Positions 39,801 to 48,985 of a stretch of DNA of 64,000 bases are shown piece by piece; position 1 is the stretch's first letter; each line of letters begins with the position of its first letter. Location of the stretch: the NCBI GenBank assembly GCA_038231135.1, contig JBBRLX010000007.1:74812-138811 (forward strand), given 5' to 3'. Under the pieces are notes generated by a model. That model saw only the letters and a list, made by a program, of their open reading frames with translations, made no database searches and was not told where the DNA came from. A program made the translations under genes and the position numbers. Source of the stretch: Candidatus Eiseniibacteriota bacterium (lineage in GTDB: Bacteria; Eisenbacteria; RBG-16-71-46).

Positions 39801-40948
39801 GCGAGATTGCCCGCCGCCGACACCAGGTGCAGCGGCTCGAGCTTCACCACCCCGTGATCCCACCGCGCCACCCCGGAGGCCTGGGCCGGCAGGTCCTTCC
39901 ACGTTGCGGAGCTCGTGAACTGCGCCGTCCACACCCGCGAGCCTGAGGCGGTGATCGAGCCGCGCGCCTCGCCCGGCACGTCGAGCGTGTGGTTGTCGGT
40001 GACCTCGGACAGCCAGCGCCACGACAGCCGCGCGACCTCCAGATCCACGTGCCGGATCCGCGTGGAGTCGGCATCGAGCCATTCGGCGACGCCCTTGAGC
40101 TCGAGATCGTCGGTATGCAGGCGGTCGAGCCGGATGCGGACGGTGTCGCCCTTCTCGACCGAGCCCTTGAGCTCGAGGTGCCGGGTCCGGAACGGACCCT
40201 GGGCCCAGCGCAGGTGGCGCACGACGCCGCGGGTGCTGGCGCCGATCGACACGCCGGCGTCCAGGTCCATGTCGCTCACCGGGTCGATCGCGGCGGCGAT
40301 CGCCACCGAACCGTGCAGCACGCGCAGGTTGACGTCGAGCGCCGTGCTGCCGCCGGTGGCGCTGCCGCTCGAGCGCCACACCGGCGCCCGCAACCGCCCG
40401 TCCTTGCCCTTCGAGATCCGGATCACCGGCGACTCGATGACCACGTCGATCGTACGCCGGTCGCGACGCAGCCATTGCAGCGGCGAGTAGTTGAGCTGGA
40501 TCCACGGCGCCTCGAGCAGCGCCGGCGTCTCGCCGTCGGTGAAGTACACCCGGGGCTTGATCAGCCGCACCCGGTCGAACGGATTGCCGCTGATGTCGTG
40601 GATCTCGACCTGCACGTCGCTGCGCTGCGCGAGTGCGCCGTTGATCACCAGCGTGAGCTCCTTCGCCACCAGCTCGGTGCGCCGCGCGAAGTACAGCAAG
40701 GCACTGACGATCGCGATCACCACCAGCCCCACCAGGATCAGCGCGACGAGCCCGATCAGCTTGCGCACCGTCCAGCGCACCTGCTTGGGCACATGCTCGA
40801 CCACTTCCTCGACCGCGTGCCCCAGCTCCGCGACCTCGTGACGCAACTCCTCGACAATCCCCTGCGGCTCAGGCGGCGGCTCCGGCGCACCTCCGCCGGA
40901 TCCCAATTCCGGGTCGCGCGGAACGAGCGGATCTTCCGGCGGAGTCAT
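36854..40948 (-). CDS. tamB: Translocation and assembly module TamB-like protein
   Basis: N-terminal TM anchor, long beta-rich Gly-rich body, DUF490-like C-terminus (NPTLD..A, EYRLSR, ends WEY); follows an Omp85 gene. Confidence 0.85.
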   Translation of the reverse strand: MTPPEDPLVPRDPELGSGGGAPEPPPEPQGIVEELRHEVAELGHAVEEVVEHVPKQVRWTVRKLIGLVALILVGLVVIAIVSALLYFARRTELVAKELTLVINGALAQRSDVQVEIHDISGNPFDRVRLIKPRVYFTDGETPALLEAPWIQLNYSPLQWLRRDRRTIDVVIESPVIRISKGKDGRLRAPVWRSSGSATGGSTALDVNLRVLHGSVAIAAAIDPVSDMDLDAGVSIGASTRGVVRHLRWAQGPFRTRHLELKGSVEKGDTVRIRLDRLHTDDLELKGVAEWLDADSTRIRHVDLEVARLSWRWLSEVTDNHTLDVPGEARGSITASGSRVWTAQFTSSATWKDLPAQASGVARWDHGVVKLEPLHLVSAAGNLAGDLQWSRAGWNIGGAVETADPSRWGAIGITGWPKGVVAGTFRYAVDTHSHAQTANLVATLTTSELQGWRVDGGTVNVEFPNAAPDSFAVNVVRRGGTMLLRAMTTKQGWTGSYRVDNLPLEEWPDGRASGIKGMLGHGEGTVEGKAGALLVTGNLTGTGTSWLGMQAARWALDDASGALLPAPDLAARARLGNVTFLGLHFDSVATPFLLGNQTIALEDLSAFAGDTLVTMAGRSNWNAGAWQLALDRARLRSSQFDWRAEAPVTLAGDARGVTFDRLVARDSLATVTITGRWAVPGGSYDWQARAERLDLSRLGMPPEVHLAGAADATLEVRGAAGDPHWNMAAAVSRPGWDGHAADSLRFELEGRPGAVLVRNGAFRIAAGSVTGSLAFDHLAHAWPDTLTAAGVLRWIEGAGDWNGELTGAALPLDRLRQLVPAAHDWGGTVSGRIGIEGSPVRPVLDATFDASKLTWQAIDIEDVRGHARYAAGQLTVPELHMQRGGRESTASGAMPLVLAMGRPVEVPESPMAWRIDIPNGDLSMARLVVPQIGTAAGKFELRASVTGTPRHPDLDGTLKVSDGVVRMTGRDELFQNVTASVRLDEAKITVDTLTARQGDRGRVTGSGTVELANGGLKGYQFKLGVTEIATTEPGLYAALFDGAFQITDGPVVRGQRLPYVTGNATLRRAVILYDFANVSEQDLVAQTAAPLFWTYNVHLSANNNVHWQPPDGDIEFNLNLDVEQRPEALVLYGEMHALRGKYYFLSNRFDVQNVDLTFDNVSGVNPTLDATAVTQVPVYENGQTHQSQVTVHITGRANEPKIVLSSDEAAWGQAEILQNLTLSRLTAGAAGVPLGDPLDNYITRAINRTFSSEMSRAFRGYINEWQIDRDRGGLFGGEGGVILTAGTQVSPQIALRYRQHLPGLERTPTGPGTSTFLERDLEAEYRLSRFIYLTTEITQHRPGTANVSSTSPPDFNVNLKARWEY

Positions 40949-41015
40949 GAGCCGATCACCAGCCCGCGCAGCCGCGGCGCGGGAGCGCAGCCGACGAAAC
41001 AGGCAACCACGTGCC

Positions 41016-41168
41016 GCGATGGCGTGCGGGGTGAGGTTCCGGAGGCGGGGACCGAGCGCAGCGCGCGAGTGCAGGGATGCGCGGAGCGCTGCGCGAGTAG
41101 CGAGGACCCGCCAGGAGGGCGGGTCCGAAGCGTCCCCGCCGTAGGAACCTCACCCCGCACGCCATCGC
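41016..41168. repeat. 153-bp palindromic REP/MITE-like element with branched secondary structure
   Basis: Perfect 25-bp inverted repeat 41016-41040/41144-41168, 9-bp continuation 41044-41052/41132-41140, two internal 9-bp hairpins. Confidence 0.9.
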
Positions 41169-41240
41169 AGCGAAGAACCCGTCCCCGCCGGGGGAATCTC
41201 ACCCCGGTCGTCACCGCGCGGTGAAGGCGCAGAACACGCA

Positions 41241-43148
41241 TCAGAACGCCGGCCCAATCGCAAACTGAAAAATTCCCCGCTGCCGCTTCCCCGTCTCGTC
41301 CGGCCGCGCCCACCAGGTGAAATCCACCCGCAGCGGCCCGAACGGCAGCTGCAGCCGCGGTCCGAAGCCGAACACGAACCGCACGTCGTTCGGCGTCATG
41401 CGGCTCGAGCTGATCTCGGGCACGAACCGGCCGCGCTTCACGGCGTCGAACCCCGTCCATACGTTGCCAGCGTCCACGTACAGCTCGAGCCCGAGCGGCC
41501 CCAGCACGTCGACGCGCAGTTCCACGTTGCCCTGCAGCAGCACGAGGCCGCCGTTCGCCGGCAGCTCGCGTTCGTCGTAGCCACGCAGCGAGTTTACGCC
41601 ACCGATCTTGAACCGGTCGAACACCGGCACGCGCGCCACCCCGGGATCGGTGGTGGAGTCGCTGGAGAACAACACGTCCTTGCCGAACGGCCGGATGACG
41701 CCGCCGCGGGCGTGGGTCGCGAGCAGCCAGCCCGGACGCAGCGGCGTATACCACGACGATTCGAGGTGCTGCTTGGTGAAGCTCGACGTGCCCTGCAACG
41801 GGCCGCCCGCGACCTCGGACGTGAACGCCTGGTACGACCCCCGCGTCATGAGCACCGGATGATCGCGCGTGTCGCGGGCGACCTCGAGCTGCAGCCGGTG
41901 CGTGGTATAGGACGGCTCGAGCAGCGAATCGCCGACCGTGGGGTCCGTCACCACCTGGCTCTGCGTCACCCACGCGTTGTCCTGGGTGAGCGCCAGCGTG
42001 GCGTAGCGGCCGAGCTGGCGCGACACCTGGAAGCTGACGCCGCGCGACTGGCTCTCGATCAGCCGGGGGGGGCTGGTGGGGCGGTCGTGCTGGTTCACGT
42101 AGTACAGCGTGAGCAGCCCGCGGGTACGCGTGGCGAACAGCCACGGCTCGAGCAACGTGGTCTCGATCCGGCTCAGGAGGAACCGCGCCTGGCCATCGAG
42201 CGCGAGCCGGCCGTCCACCGTGCCCTGGCGGCCGCTGCCGAGCAGGCTGCGGTGGCCCCATTCGCCGGTCGCCAGCACCCGTTCGCTGGTGCCGCTGCCG
42301 ATGCCGGCGTCCACCCAGCGATGGCGGCGCTCGTGGAGGCCCAGGTCGAACTCCACGCGGGCCGCGGTCGAATCCATGAGCGGCGTCATCTGCACCTGGT
42401 CGAACATGCCGGTCTCGTACAGGTGCTCGACCGATTGCTGCACGCGGGTGGAGCGGTACACCGCGTCCGGCTTGATCAAGAGCTCGCGCCGCACGAAGTG
42501 CTCGTTGACCGACAGCTTGTCCAGGTCCGGGATGCGGACCTCGCCGAACCGGAACCGCTGGCCCTCGGTCACGTCGTAGCGCACGTTCATCGAGAAGTCG
42601 TGGCGCTCGGTGACGGCGTGGACCGAGGGGAAGTACCCGCGGTCCTTGTACGCCTCGGCGATCTTCGCGGTGTCGGCCACCAGGAAGTACGGGTTGAACG
42701 CCTTGTGCCGTTTCGCGAACAACAGGCGGCGCAGTGCGTCGCCCTGGATCGCCGTCACGCCCGTGAGGTCGATGCGGCCGATGTGGGTCTGGCGGCCCTC
42801 GATGATCTTGAACCGCACGATCACGGTGCCGGCATCGTGCCCGGGCACGAGCTCGTAGCCGGCGGCGACGTCGAGGTAGCCGTGCTGGTGGTAGACGTCC
42901 TCGATCGCCTGGACGTCGGCGCCGAGAAAGTCCATCCGCAGCACCGGCATCTGGCGCGACAGGATGTGCCCGCTCGCCCGCGTCTTGAGCGCCTTCTTGA
43001 GGTCCTTCGCGTTCACGTGCCTGCGGCCTTCGAACCGAACCCCCGCGACGCTGGTGAGTTCGTTCGGCAGGCTGGTGGCGGCGCGCGCCAGGGGTGCGGG
43101 ACCGAGCAGCATCACCACGAACGCAAACCGGGCCAGTGCCGTACGCAC
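41241..43148 (-). CDS. TamA/BamA-family Omp85 protein with about three POTRA domains
   Basis: POTRA signatures (Y..HGY, I.EG, GYF, L..TG.F), GGVNSLRGY, GPLRVDF, FQFAIGPAF; start uncertain. Confidence 0.88.
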   Translation of the reverse strand: MRTALARFAFVVMLLGPAPLARAATSLPNELTSVAGVRFEGRRHVNAKDLKKALKTRASGHILSRQMPVLRMDFLGADVQAIEDVYHQHGYLDVAAGYELVPGHDAGTVIVRFKIIEGRQTHIGRIDLTGVTAIQGDALRRLLFAKRHKAFNPYFLVADTAKIAEAYKDRGYFPSVHAVTERHDFSMNVRYDVTEGQRFRFGEVRIPDLDKLSVNEHFVRRELLIKPDAVYRSTRVQQSVEHLYETGMFDQVQMTPLMDSTAARVEFDLGLHERRHRWVDAGIGSGTSERVLATGEWGHRSLLGSGRQGTVDGRLALDGQARFLLSRIETTLLEPWLFATRTRGLLTLYYVNQHDRPTSPPRLIESQSRGVSFQVSRQLGRYATLALTQDNAWVTQSQVVTDPTVGDSLLEPSYTTHRLQLEVARDTRDHPVLMTRGSYQAFTSEVAGGPLQGTSSFTKQHLESSWYTPLRPGWLLATHARGGVIRPFGKDVLFSSDSTTDPGVARVPVFDRFKIGGVNSLRGYDERELPANGGLVLLQGNVELRVDVLGPLGLELYVDAGNVWTGFDAVKRGRFVPEISSSRMTPNDVRFVFGFGPRLQLPFGPLRVDFTWWARPDETGKRQRGIFQFAIGPAF

Positions 43149-43267
43149 GGGCCCCAGTCTGCCGGCGACGAGCGTCCGCTTCCGGATTCGCGCCCTCGCC
43201 CATTCCAGTGAATCGTGTTGCGACGCTCCGGGTCCGCTATGGCGGAGTCGGGGCAACCGTGTTCTCC

Positions 43268-44665
43268 TCAGGGAGCGGAGGCAGGGGAGCGATGGGGGGC
43301 GGCGGAAGTCGCCGACGTCGACGTGCGACCGAGTGCGCGCTGGCGCTGCACCACGCGCCACGGATCATTGGCCAGAATCAACACCAGCAGCGAGCCCATC
43401 ATCACGAGACCCACCTGCTGGAACCGGGTGTAGGCCAGGGCGGAAATCTTCTGGCGGCGGATCGCCTCGATCACCGCGAGCAGGATGTGGCCGCCGTCGA
43501 GCACTGGCAGCGGCATCAGGTTGAACGCCATGATCGCGATGTTGATCATCGCGAGGAACTGCAGGAAGAAATCGGGACCGCGCTTCGCCTGTTCGCTCGC
43601 CACCTGGGCGATGAACAACGGTCCCCCGACGTACTCCCGGTAGTAGAGCGGGCGCGACACGGTGAGCCACATGCCGGCGTAGACGTTGCGGATCACTTCG
43701 CCGGTCGCGTGCCAGCCCATGTCGATCGACTCCAGGATGCCGGAGCGCTCGATGAACTTGCCCTGCCGCGGGGCTTCGATGCCAATCCGCGCGTTGTCGC
43801 TCTGCGCGCCCGTGTTCATCGGCACGATATCGACGTTAAACGTGCGTCCACCACGATCGACCGTCAAGTGCACGGTGCGATCGACATTGCCCCTCAAGGA
43901 CAGCGGCAGATCGTCCCAGGTCGTGATTCGTTTGCCGTTCACCGCCAGAATGCGATCACCCTCCTTGATGCCCACCTTGTACGCCGGCATACCCGTTATG
44001 ACGGCGCCGACGATCGGCAACGTTGGAGGCAGTCGAAAATTCGAGAACACGGGCTCGCGCCGGTCCGCCGGCACCGTGATCGTCAGGTGGCTGCTCAGGA
44101 CGCCCACATCGGGCCGCTCGATGGCCAGCACGACCGCACGATCCTTCGGAACCCGGGAATATGCGTAGAACATCTGCTCCCAGGTCGACACCGGACTGCC
44201 GTTCAACGCCACCAGCCGATCCCCAGTACGAAAGCCGGCCTGATACGCGACGCTGGTGTCCGGCGTGGCCCCGAGCAAGTTCGGGTAGTCGGGACGGGAT
44301 ATCCCGATCATGCCGATCGTGCACAGGATGATCAGCGCGGTGAGGAGATTGCAGGCGGGGCCCGCGGCCGCGATCAGGATGCGGCCGTACCAGGGGTGCG
44401 ACAGGAACTCCTCGTCCGAGTTCGGCATGTCGCCTTCGGGGCTCGGGCTGTCGCCCGCCATCGCGACGTAGCCGCCGAACGGGATCCACGCCAGGCGATA
44501 CTCGGTGCCGCCCCGGGTGAACGAGAACATCGCGGGGCCGAATCCGAGCGAAAACCGGATCACCCGGACACCCCGCCATTTGGCCATCAGGAAATGGCCG
44601 AGCTCATGGACAAATATGACCAATCCGAGCACCAGAATGCCCGGCAACACGAGATTCCAAGACAC
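43268..44665 (-). CDS. rseP: RIP metalloprotease with two PDZ domains
   Basis: HELGH, FSLGFGP, GGYV, AGP..N, NLMPLPVLDGGH; AAGGA RBS before GTG 44665. Confidence 0.95.
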   Translation of the reverse strand: MSWNLVLPGILVLGLVIFVHELGHFLMAKWRGVRVIRFSLGFGPAMFSFTRGGTEYRLAWIPFGGYVAMAGDSPSPEGDMPNSDEEFLSHPWYGRILIAAAGPACNLLTALIILCTIGMIGISRPDYPNLLGATPDTSVAYQAGFRTGDRLVALNGSPVSTWEQMFYAYSRVPKDRAVVLAIERPDVGVLSSHLTITVPADRREPVFSNFRLPPTLPIVGAVITGMPAYKVGIKEGDRILAVNGKRITTWDDLPLSLRGNVDRTVHLTVDRGGRTFNVDIVPMNTGAQSDNARIGIEAPRQGKFIERSGILESIDMGWHATGEVIRNVYAGMWLTVSRPLYYREYVGGPLFIAQVASEQAKRGPDFFLQFLAMINIAIMAFNLMPLPVLDGGHILLAVIEAIRRQKISALAYTRFQQVGLVMMGSLLVLILANDPWRVVQRQRALGRTSTSATSAAPHRSPASAP

Positions 44666-44885
44666 GGTCAAATCCTTATGGGCTAAGGTGTTCAACGCAG
44701 GCTACTGCCCGGGTTCCGAGCGGTCAAGCAGCGCCTCGAAGGGAATCGATACGGCAATAGTCCAATGACTAGGCAAGAGCCGGACCGCCGGCCGTAACCG
44801 CCCCGGTGAGTCGTACACCGTGACCCCGGCGGCATTCGCCTGCACCGGGTTGGATTCCCCCAACCGGCGATTCGGCTCGCACGAT

Positions 44886-46010
44886 TCACGAACGCCGGTG
44901 CGATTGCACGACTTCCTGATATGCCGCGAGCGTGCGGATCGCCATGTTCTCGGCGGAAAACCGTGCGGCCGTGCGGCGCGCGGCCCCGGCCATGGCGAGG
45001 CGCAGCGGCGTCTCCCCCACCAGCCGCGTGATCGCCGCCGCCATCGCGTCTGCGACGACCGGGTCGGGGCCCTTTGGCACCAGCACTCCCGAGACCTGAT
45101 CGTCCACCACCTCCGGCAGGCCACCCACACGCGTCGCCACCACCGGCACGCCGAGCGCCTCCGCTTCGACCGCGGCGCCGCAGAACCCCTCGTTGCGCGA
45201 CGGCACCAGCAACAGCGCGCACCCGGCGACGAGCGCCGCGACGTCGTCGCGCGCTCCGAGCAGGATCACCCGTCCACCGAGCCCGCGCCGCGCGATCGCG
45301 GCCTCGAGCGGAGCGCGCAGCGGCCCGTCGCCCAGCCATACGAATCGCGCCTCCGCGGCGCGGCCGCCGGCCGCGCGCAGGCGCTCCGCGACGTCGAGCA
45401 GCAGCGCGTGGTGCTTCTCCGCCGTGAGCGCCGCGACGGTGGCGAGCAGCGGAGTCCCCGCCGGCACGCCGAGCCGGGCATGCAGGGACTCGCCGGGACG
45501 GCCGGCCGCGGCGCGCAGCGCCGCGAGATCGACGCCGCTCGGCACCACGATCGCGCGGCCGGCCGGCACCCCGGCACGGAGCAATTGCGCGCGCGCCGCC
45601 TCGCTCACGCACAGCCAGCGCGCCACCGGCAACCGGTACTTGAGTCGCGACCACGGGCTGTTGCCCACCGGGAACGCCACGCGGCGGCTCGCCACCACCG
45701 CGCGGATGCCGGCGATCCACGCTGCCGCCGCGCCGACCGCGTGCGCGCGCGCGCTGTGCAGGTGCACGACGTCGGGGCGCTCCGCCCGCAGCGCCGTGAC
45801 CGCCGCCGCGAATGCGGCCACGTCGAGATCGCCGCGCGCGGACCACGCGCGCACCGGGACGCCCTGCGCCGCGAGCCGGTCGAACAAGGGACCGTGCGGC
45901 GCGAGCACCACGTTCGTCACGCCGTGCGCCGCGAGCCCGGGCACCAGCCACGCGATCTGCTGCTGGCCGCCGCGCCAGTCCCGCCCGGTATCCAGGTGCG
46001 CCACCTTCAT
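44886..46010 (-). CDS. Glycosyltransferase family 4
   Basis: WRGGQQQ, PDVVHLH, PSRNEGF..VEA..GVPVVATRVGGLPE. Confidence 0.92.
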   Translation of the reverse strand: MKVAHLDTGRDWRGGQQQIAWLVPGLAAHGVTNVVLAPHGPLFDRLAAQGVPVRAWSARGDLDVAAFAAAVTALRAERPDVVHLHSARAHAVGAAAAWIAGIRAVVASRRVAFPVGNSPWSRLKYRLPVARWLCVSEAARAQLLRAGVPAGRAIVVPSGVDLAALRAAAGRPGESLHARLGVPAGTPLLATVAALTAEKHHALLLDVAERLRAAGGRAAEARFVWLGDGPLRAPLEAAIARRGLGGRVILLGARDDVAALVAGCALLLVPSRNEGFCGAAVEAEALGVPVVATRVGGLPEVVDDQVSGVLVPKGPDPVVADAMAAAITRLVGETPLRLAMAGAARRTAARFSAENMAIRTLAAYQEVVQSHRRS

Positions 46011-47080
46011 CGCGCGCCCCGGAACTGCTCGAGGATCTCGGCCAGCGCGGCGCCGATTCGTTCGGGGGTCGCCACCTCGAGCGCGCGCGCGCGGCCGCGC
46101 TCGCCGAGCCGCTCGCGGGCCGCCCGGTCACGCACCAGTTGCGCGAGCACGGTCGCGAGCGCGGTCGCGTCGCCTGGCGGCACCGTGGCCAGGTGGATGC
46201 GCGGCGTGAACACCTCGCGCACCGCGGGGCTGTCGCCGGTCACGACCGCGCGGCCGGCGGCGAGACCCTGGTAGACCTTGTGCGGGATCACGCGCCCCGC
46301 CTTGGCGGTGGTGCCGAACGCGCCCAGCACCACGTGGGCGCCGGCGAACGCCGCCGGCGCCTCCGCATAGGGCCGTGGTCCATGGAACGTCACGCGCAAG
46401 AGCCCGAGCCGCGCAGCCTGTGCCCGCATCGCGTCGAATTCGATCCCGTTCCCGACCAGCTCGATCCCATAGTCCGGCAGCGACCCCGCATCGCGCTCGA
46501 GTTCCGCCGCGGCCGCGATGACGTGCGCCACGCCGTGGAGCGGCAGGAACCCTCCCACGTACAGGATCCGCACCGGCCCCGCCGCGGGCGGCGGTCCGAT
46601 GTCGAAGAATGCCCGCTCCGCCCCGACCAGCACGCGGCGCACGCGGGCGCGATCGGCGCCCAGCGATTCGAACAGCGCGCCGTGCTCCCAGGTGTCGCAC
46701 AGCACCAGGTCCGCCGCGCGCAGCGCGGCCCGGTCGATGCCGCGATTCCAGCGCGCCTGCCATGAGCCCCCGGCATGGATCGCCCAGTCCCCCACCAGCG
46801 TGTCCCAACGCGACACCAGCGGATCGAACGCCACGAGCCGCGGGCCCGCGAGCGCGCGCGCCAGCGGCACGTCCTTGTGACGGAACTCGGGCACGAACAT
46901 CACGTCCGCGCCGCCGCCCACCCGCGCGAACCGCGCGGCGAGCGCCGGCCAGCGCCGGAACGCGCGATGCTCGCGCACGCGGCACTCGACGACGTCGACG
47001 CCGGCGGACGCGAGGCCGGCGCGCAGGATGCGGTTACGCGGATACCCGGGATCGTAGGCGCCGAAGAATGCGACCCGCAT
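46007..47080 (-). CDS. Glycosyltransferase family 4-like
   Basis: FGAYDPGYPRNRIL, YVGGFLPLHG, LGAFGTTAKAGRVIPHKVYQ. Confidence 0.88.
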   Translation of the reverse strand: MRVAFFGAYDPGYPRNRILRAGLASAGVDVVECRVREHRAFRRWPALAARFARVGGGADVMFVPEFRHKDVPLARALAGPRLVAFDPLVSRWDTLVGDWAIHAGGSWQARWNRGIDRAALRAADLVLCDTWEHGALFESLGADRARVRRVLVGAERAFFDIGPPPAAGPVRILYVGGFLPLHGVAHVIAAAAELERDAGSLPDYGIELVGNGIEFDAMRAQAARLGLLRVTFHGPRPYAEAPAAFAGAHVVLGAFGTTAKAGRVIPHKVYQGLAAGRAVVTGDSPAVREVFTPRIHLATVPPGDATALATVLAQLVRDRAARERLGERGRARALEVATPERIGAALAEILEQFRGAR

Positions 47081-47085
47081 CGGAC

Positions 47086-47991
47086 TCACGCCGGCGGTGC
47101 GGTGTCGTGCGGTGGCGCGGGCGGCATGCTGCCGGAGCCTGGCGCCGGCGGTGCTTTGTCGTGCGGTGGCGCGGGCGGCCTGCTGCCGGGCGGTGACGCC
47201 TTTGGCGGGGCGCCCGCCGGGTCGGCCCACAACTCCGCGTACTTGAGGAACACCTGCGCGGCCGCGAGCGCGCACAGCACCGCGCCATGGCCGCCGTCGA
47301 GCACGCCCAGCTGCAACACGTACATGCGCAGGAACCGCAGCGGCGGCCGCGCCACCACGTCGAGCGCCGACGCCCGGCGCCCGCGCCGACGCGCGGCCTC
47401 TGCCCCGGCCCGCGCGTAGGGCACCAGCTTGTCGCGGCAATCGAACCAGTGGGCATAGCTGTGATGGGCGAGCGACACCGGCAGCGCCGCGATCCCGCCG
47501 GACACGTGCACCGCCTCATGCACCGGGGCGTCGTCGAACCGCGCGCGCTCACGCCGGAACAGCCGCAGCACGCGCTCGCCGCGCCAGCCGCAGAACCGGA
47601 TGCGCCGGCCGAGGAAGAACCCGTGGCGCGCGAGCGTGTACCCCGCGACCGCATTCGCATCGGTGGCGGAGGCCCCATCGGCTGCGGCAATCGCGGCGCC
47701 GAGGACCGCGGCCGCATCTGCGGGCAGGCGTTCGTCGGTGTCGATCCACAGCACCCACGGCTCACGGCACCGGGCCAGCGCGAACGCGCGCTGGGCGCCG
47801 AAGCCGTCGAGCGGCCGCTCGAACACCCGGGCGCCATGGCGCTCCGCTTCGGCGCGGGTCGCGGGGTCGCTCGCCGTGTCCACCACCACCACCACGTCGC
47901 GCGCGAACGCGAGCGCGGGCAGCAATTCCGCGAGGTCGCGGTCCGCGTCACGCGCGAGCAGCAGGACCGAGATCGGGAGCGTGCCGGGCAT
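47086..47991 (-). CDS. Glycosyltransferase family 2 (WaaE/KdtX-like)
   Basis: GFGAQRAFAL, WVLWIDTDER, VLRLFRR, VHE, F.RMY....G.LDG..G, FLKY. Confidence 0.88.
   Translation of the reverse strand: MPGTLPISVLLLARDADRDLAELLPALAFARDVVVVVDTASDPATRAEAERHGARVFERPLDGFGAQRAFALARCREPWVLWIDTDERLPADAAAVLGAAIAAADGASATDANAVAGYTLARHGFFLGRRIRFCGWRGERVLRLFRRERARFDDAPVHEAVHVSGGIAALPVSLAHHSYAHWFDCRDKLVPYARAGAEAARRRGRRASALDVVARPPLRFLRMYVLQLGVLDGGHGAVLCALAAAQVFLKYAELWADPAGAPPKASPPGSRPPAPPHDKAPPAPGSGSMPPAPPHDTAPPA
47089..47189. repeat. 47-bp direct repeat (period 54) encoding a duplicated Pro-rich tail
   Basis: 47089-47135 and 47143-47189 nearly identical; PPAPPHD(K/T)APPA x2. Confidence 0.85.
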
Positions 47992-48985
47992 GGCGTTCGA
48001 TGTGGTCGAGGACGAGCTCGAACGCCCGGTCGGGCGCGAGCGAGGGCAGACAGTTCCAGTGCGGACACACCGTGCGATCGCAGCCGCGGCACGGCAGCTC
48101 CGTCCACCACCGGCCGTGCTCCGGTCCGGGCGGATTCCAGGTGTCGGGGTGGGTGGGACCGAACCAGGCGAATGTGGGCACGCCGAGCGCCGCCGCGACG
48201 TGACGCGGGCCGCTGTCGGTGCCGATCACGGCCGCGAGCCGCTCGATCACCCCCGCGAGCTGCGGCACGTCGCACGGCGGCAGCACGCGTACGCCGGGCG
48301 CCAGTGCCGTGAGCGCGGCGATGACCGGCTCCTCGCCCGGCCCGGTGAGCGCCAGCACTTCGCGTCCGGCAGCCTCGAGGCGGCACGCGAGCGCGGCGGC
48401 GTGCGACACCGGCCAGGTCTTGGTGCCCCACGAGCCCGCGGGCACCAGGCCCACCGCGCGCGCCGGATCCGCGATGCCGGCCCGGGCGAGCAGGCGCGTG
48501 GCCGCAGCGCGCGAACCGTCGCTCACCGCGACGCGCGCGTCGAGCCCGTCGGGCACGCCGCCCACCGCGACCGCGAGCCGCACGTGCACGGCGGCCGCGT
48601 ACTCGCGCTCGCCCGAGGCCGGCGCGACGCTGCGCGGCACGCGGATCGTGTACGCGTTGCGCCGGCCCCTGAGGTCGTAGCCCGCGCGCACCGGCGCGCC
48701 GCTCGCGCGCGCGAGCAGCGCCGAGCGCGGATTGCCGAAGAAGTCCACCGCCACATCGTACCGCGTGTGCGACAGCTCGAGCGCGAGCCGAGTGGTGTCA
48801 CGGGTGGTGCGCCCCATGGGGATCACGCGGGCCACGCCCGGCAGCCCGTGGAGCAGCCCCGCGTAGGGGCGCTCCGTCACGACATCGATCGCGGCCCCGG
48901 GCAGGCCGCGCGCCAGCGCCCGCAGCGCCGGCGTGGTGAGCACCACGTCGCCGAGCGTACGCGGACGGATCGCGAGCAGCTTCAT
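47948..48985 (-). CDS. Glycosyltransferase family 9 (LPS heptosyltransferase-like)
   Basis: LGDVVLTTPALRAL, YDVAVD, KTWP, GTDSGPRHVAAALGVPT...FGPT. Confidence 0.92.
   Translation of the reverse strand: MKLLAIRPRTLGDVVLTTPALRALARGLPGAAIDVVTERPYAGLLHGLPGVARVIPMGRTTRDTTRLALELSHTRYDVAVDFFGNPRSALLARASGAPVRAGYDLRGRRNAYTIRVPRSVAPASGEREYAAAVHVRLAVAVGGVPDGLDARVAVSDGSRAAATRLLARAGIADPARAVGLVPAGSWGTKTWPVSHAAALACRLEAAGREVLALTGPGEEPVIAALTALAPGVRVLPPCDVPQLAGVIERLAAVIGTDSGPRHVAAALGVPTFAWFGPTHPDTWNPPGPEHGRWWTELPCRGCDRTVCPHWNCLPSLAPDRAFELVLDHIERHARHAPDLGPAARA

Noticed and set aside
44772..44787. Sigma54-like GG-N10-GC (CGGTCCGGCTCTTGCC) upstream of rseP
   Set aside because: Poor -24 match and easily arises by chance in GC-rich DNA
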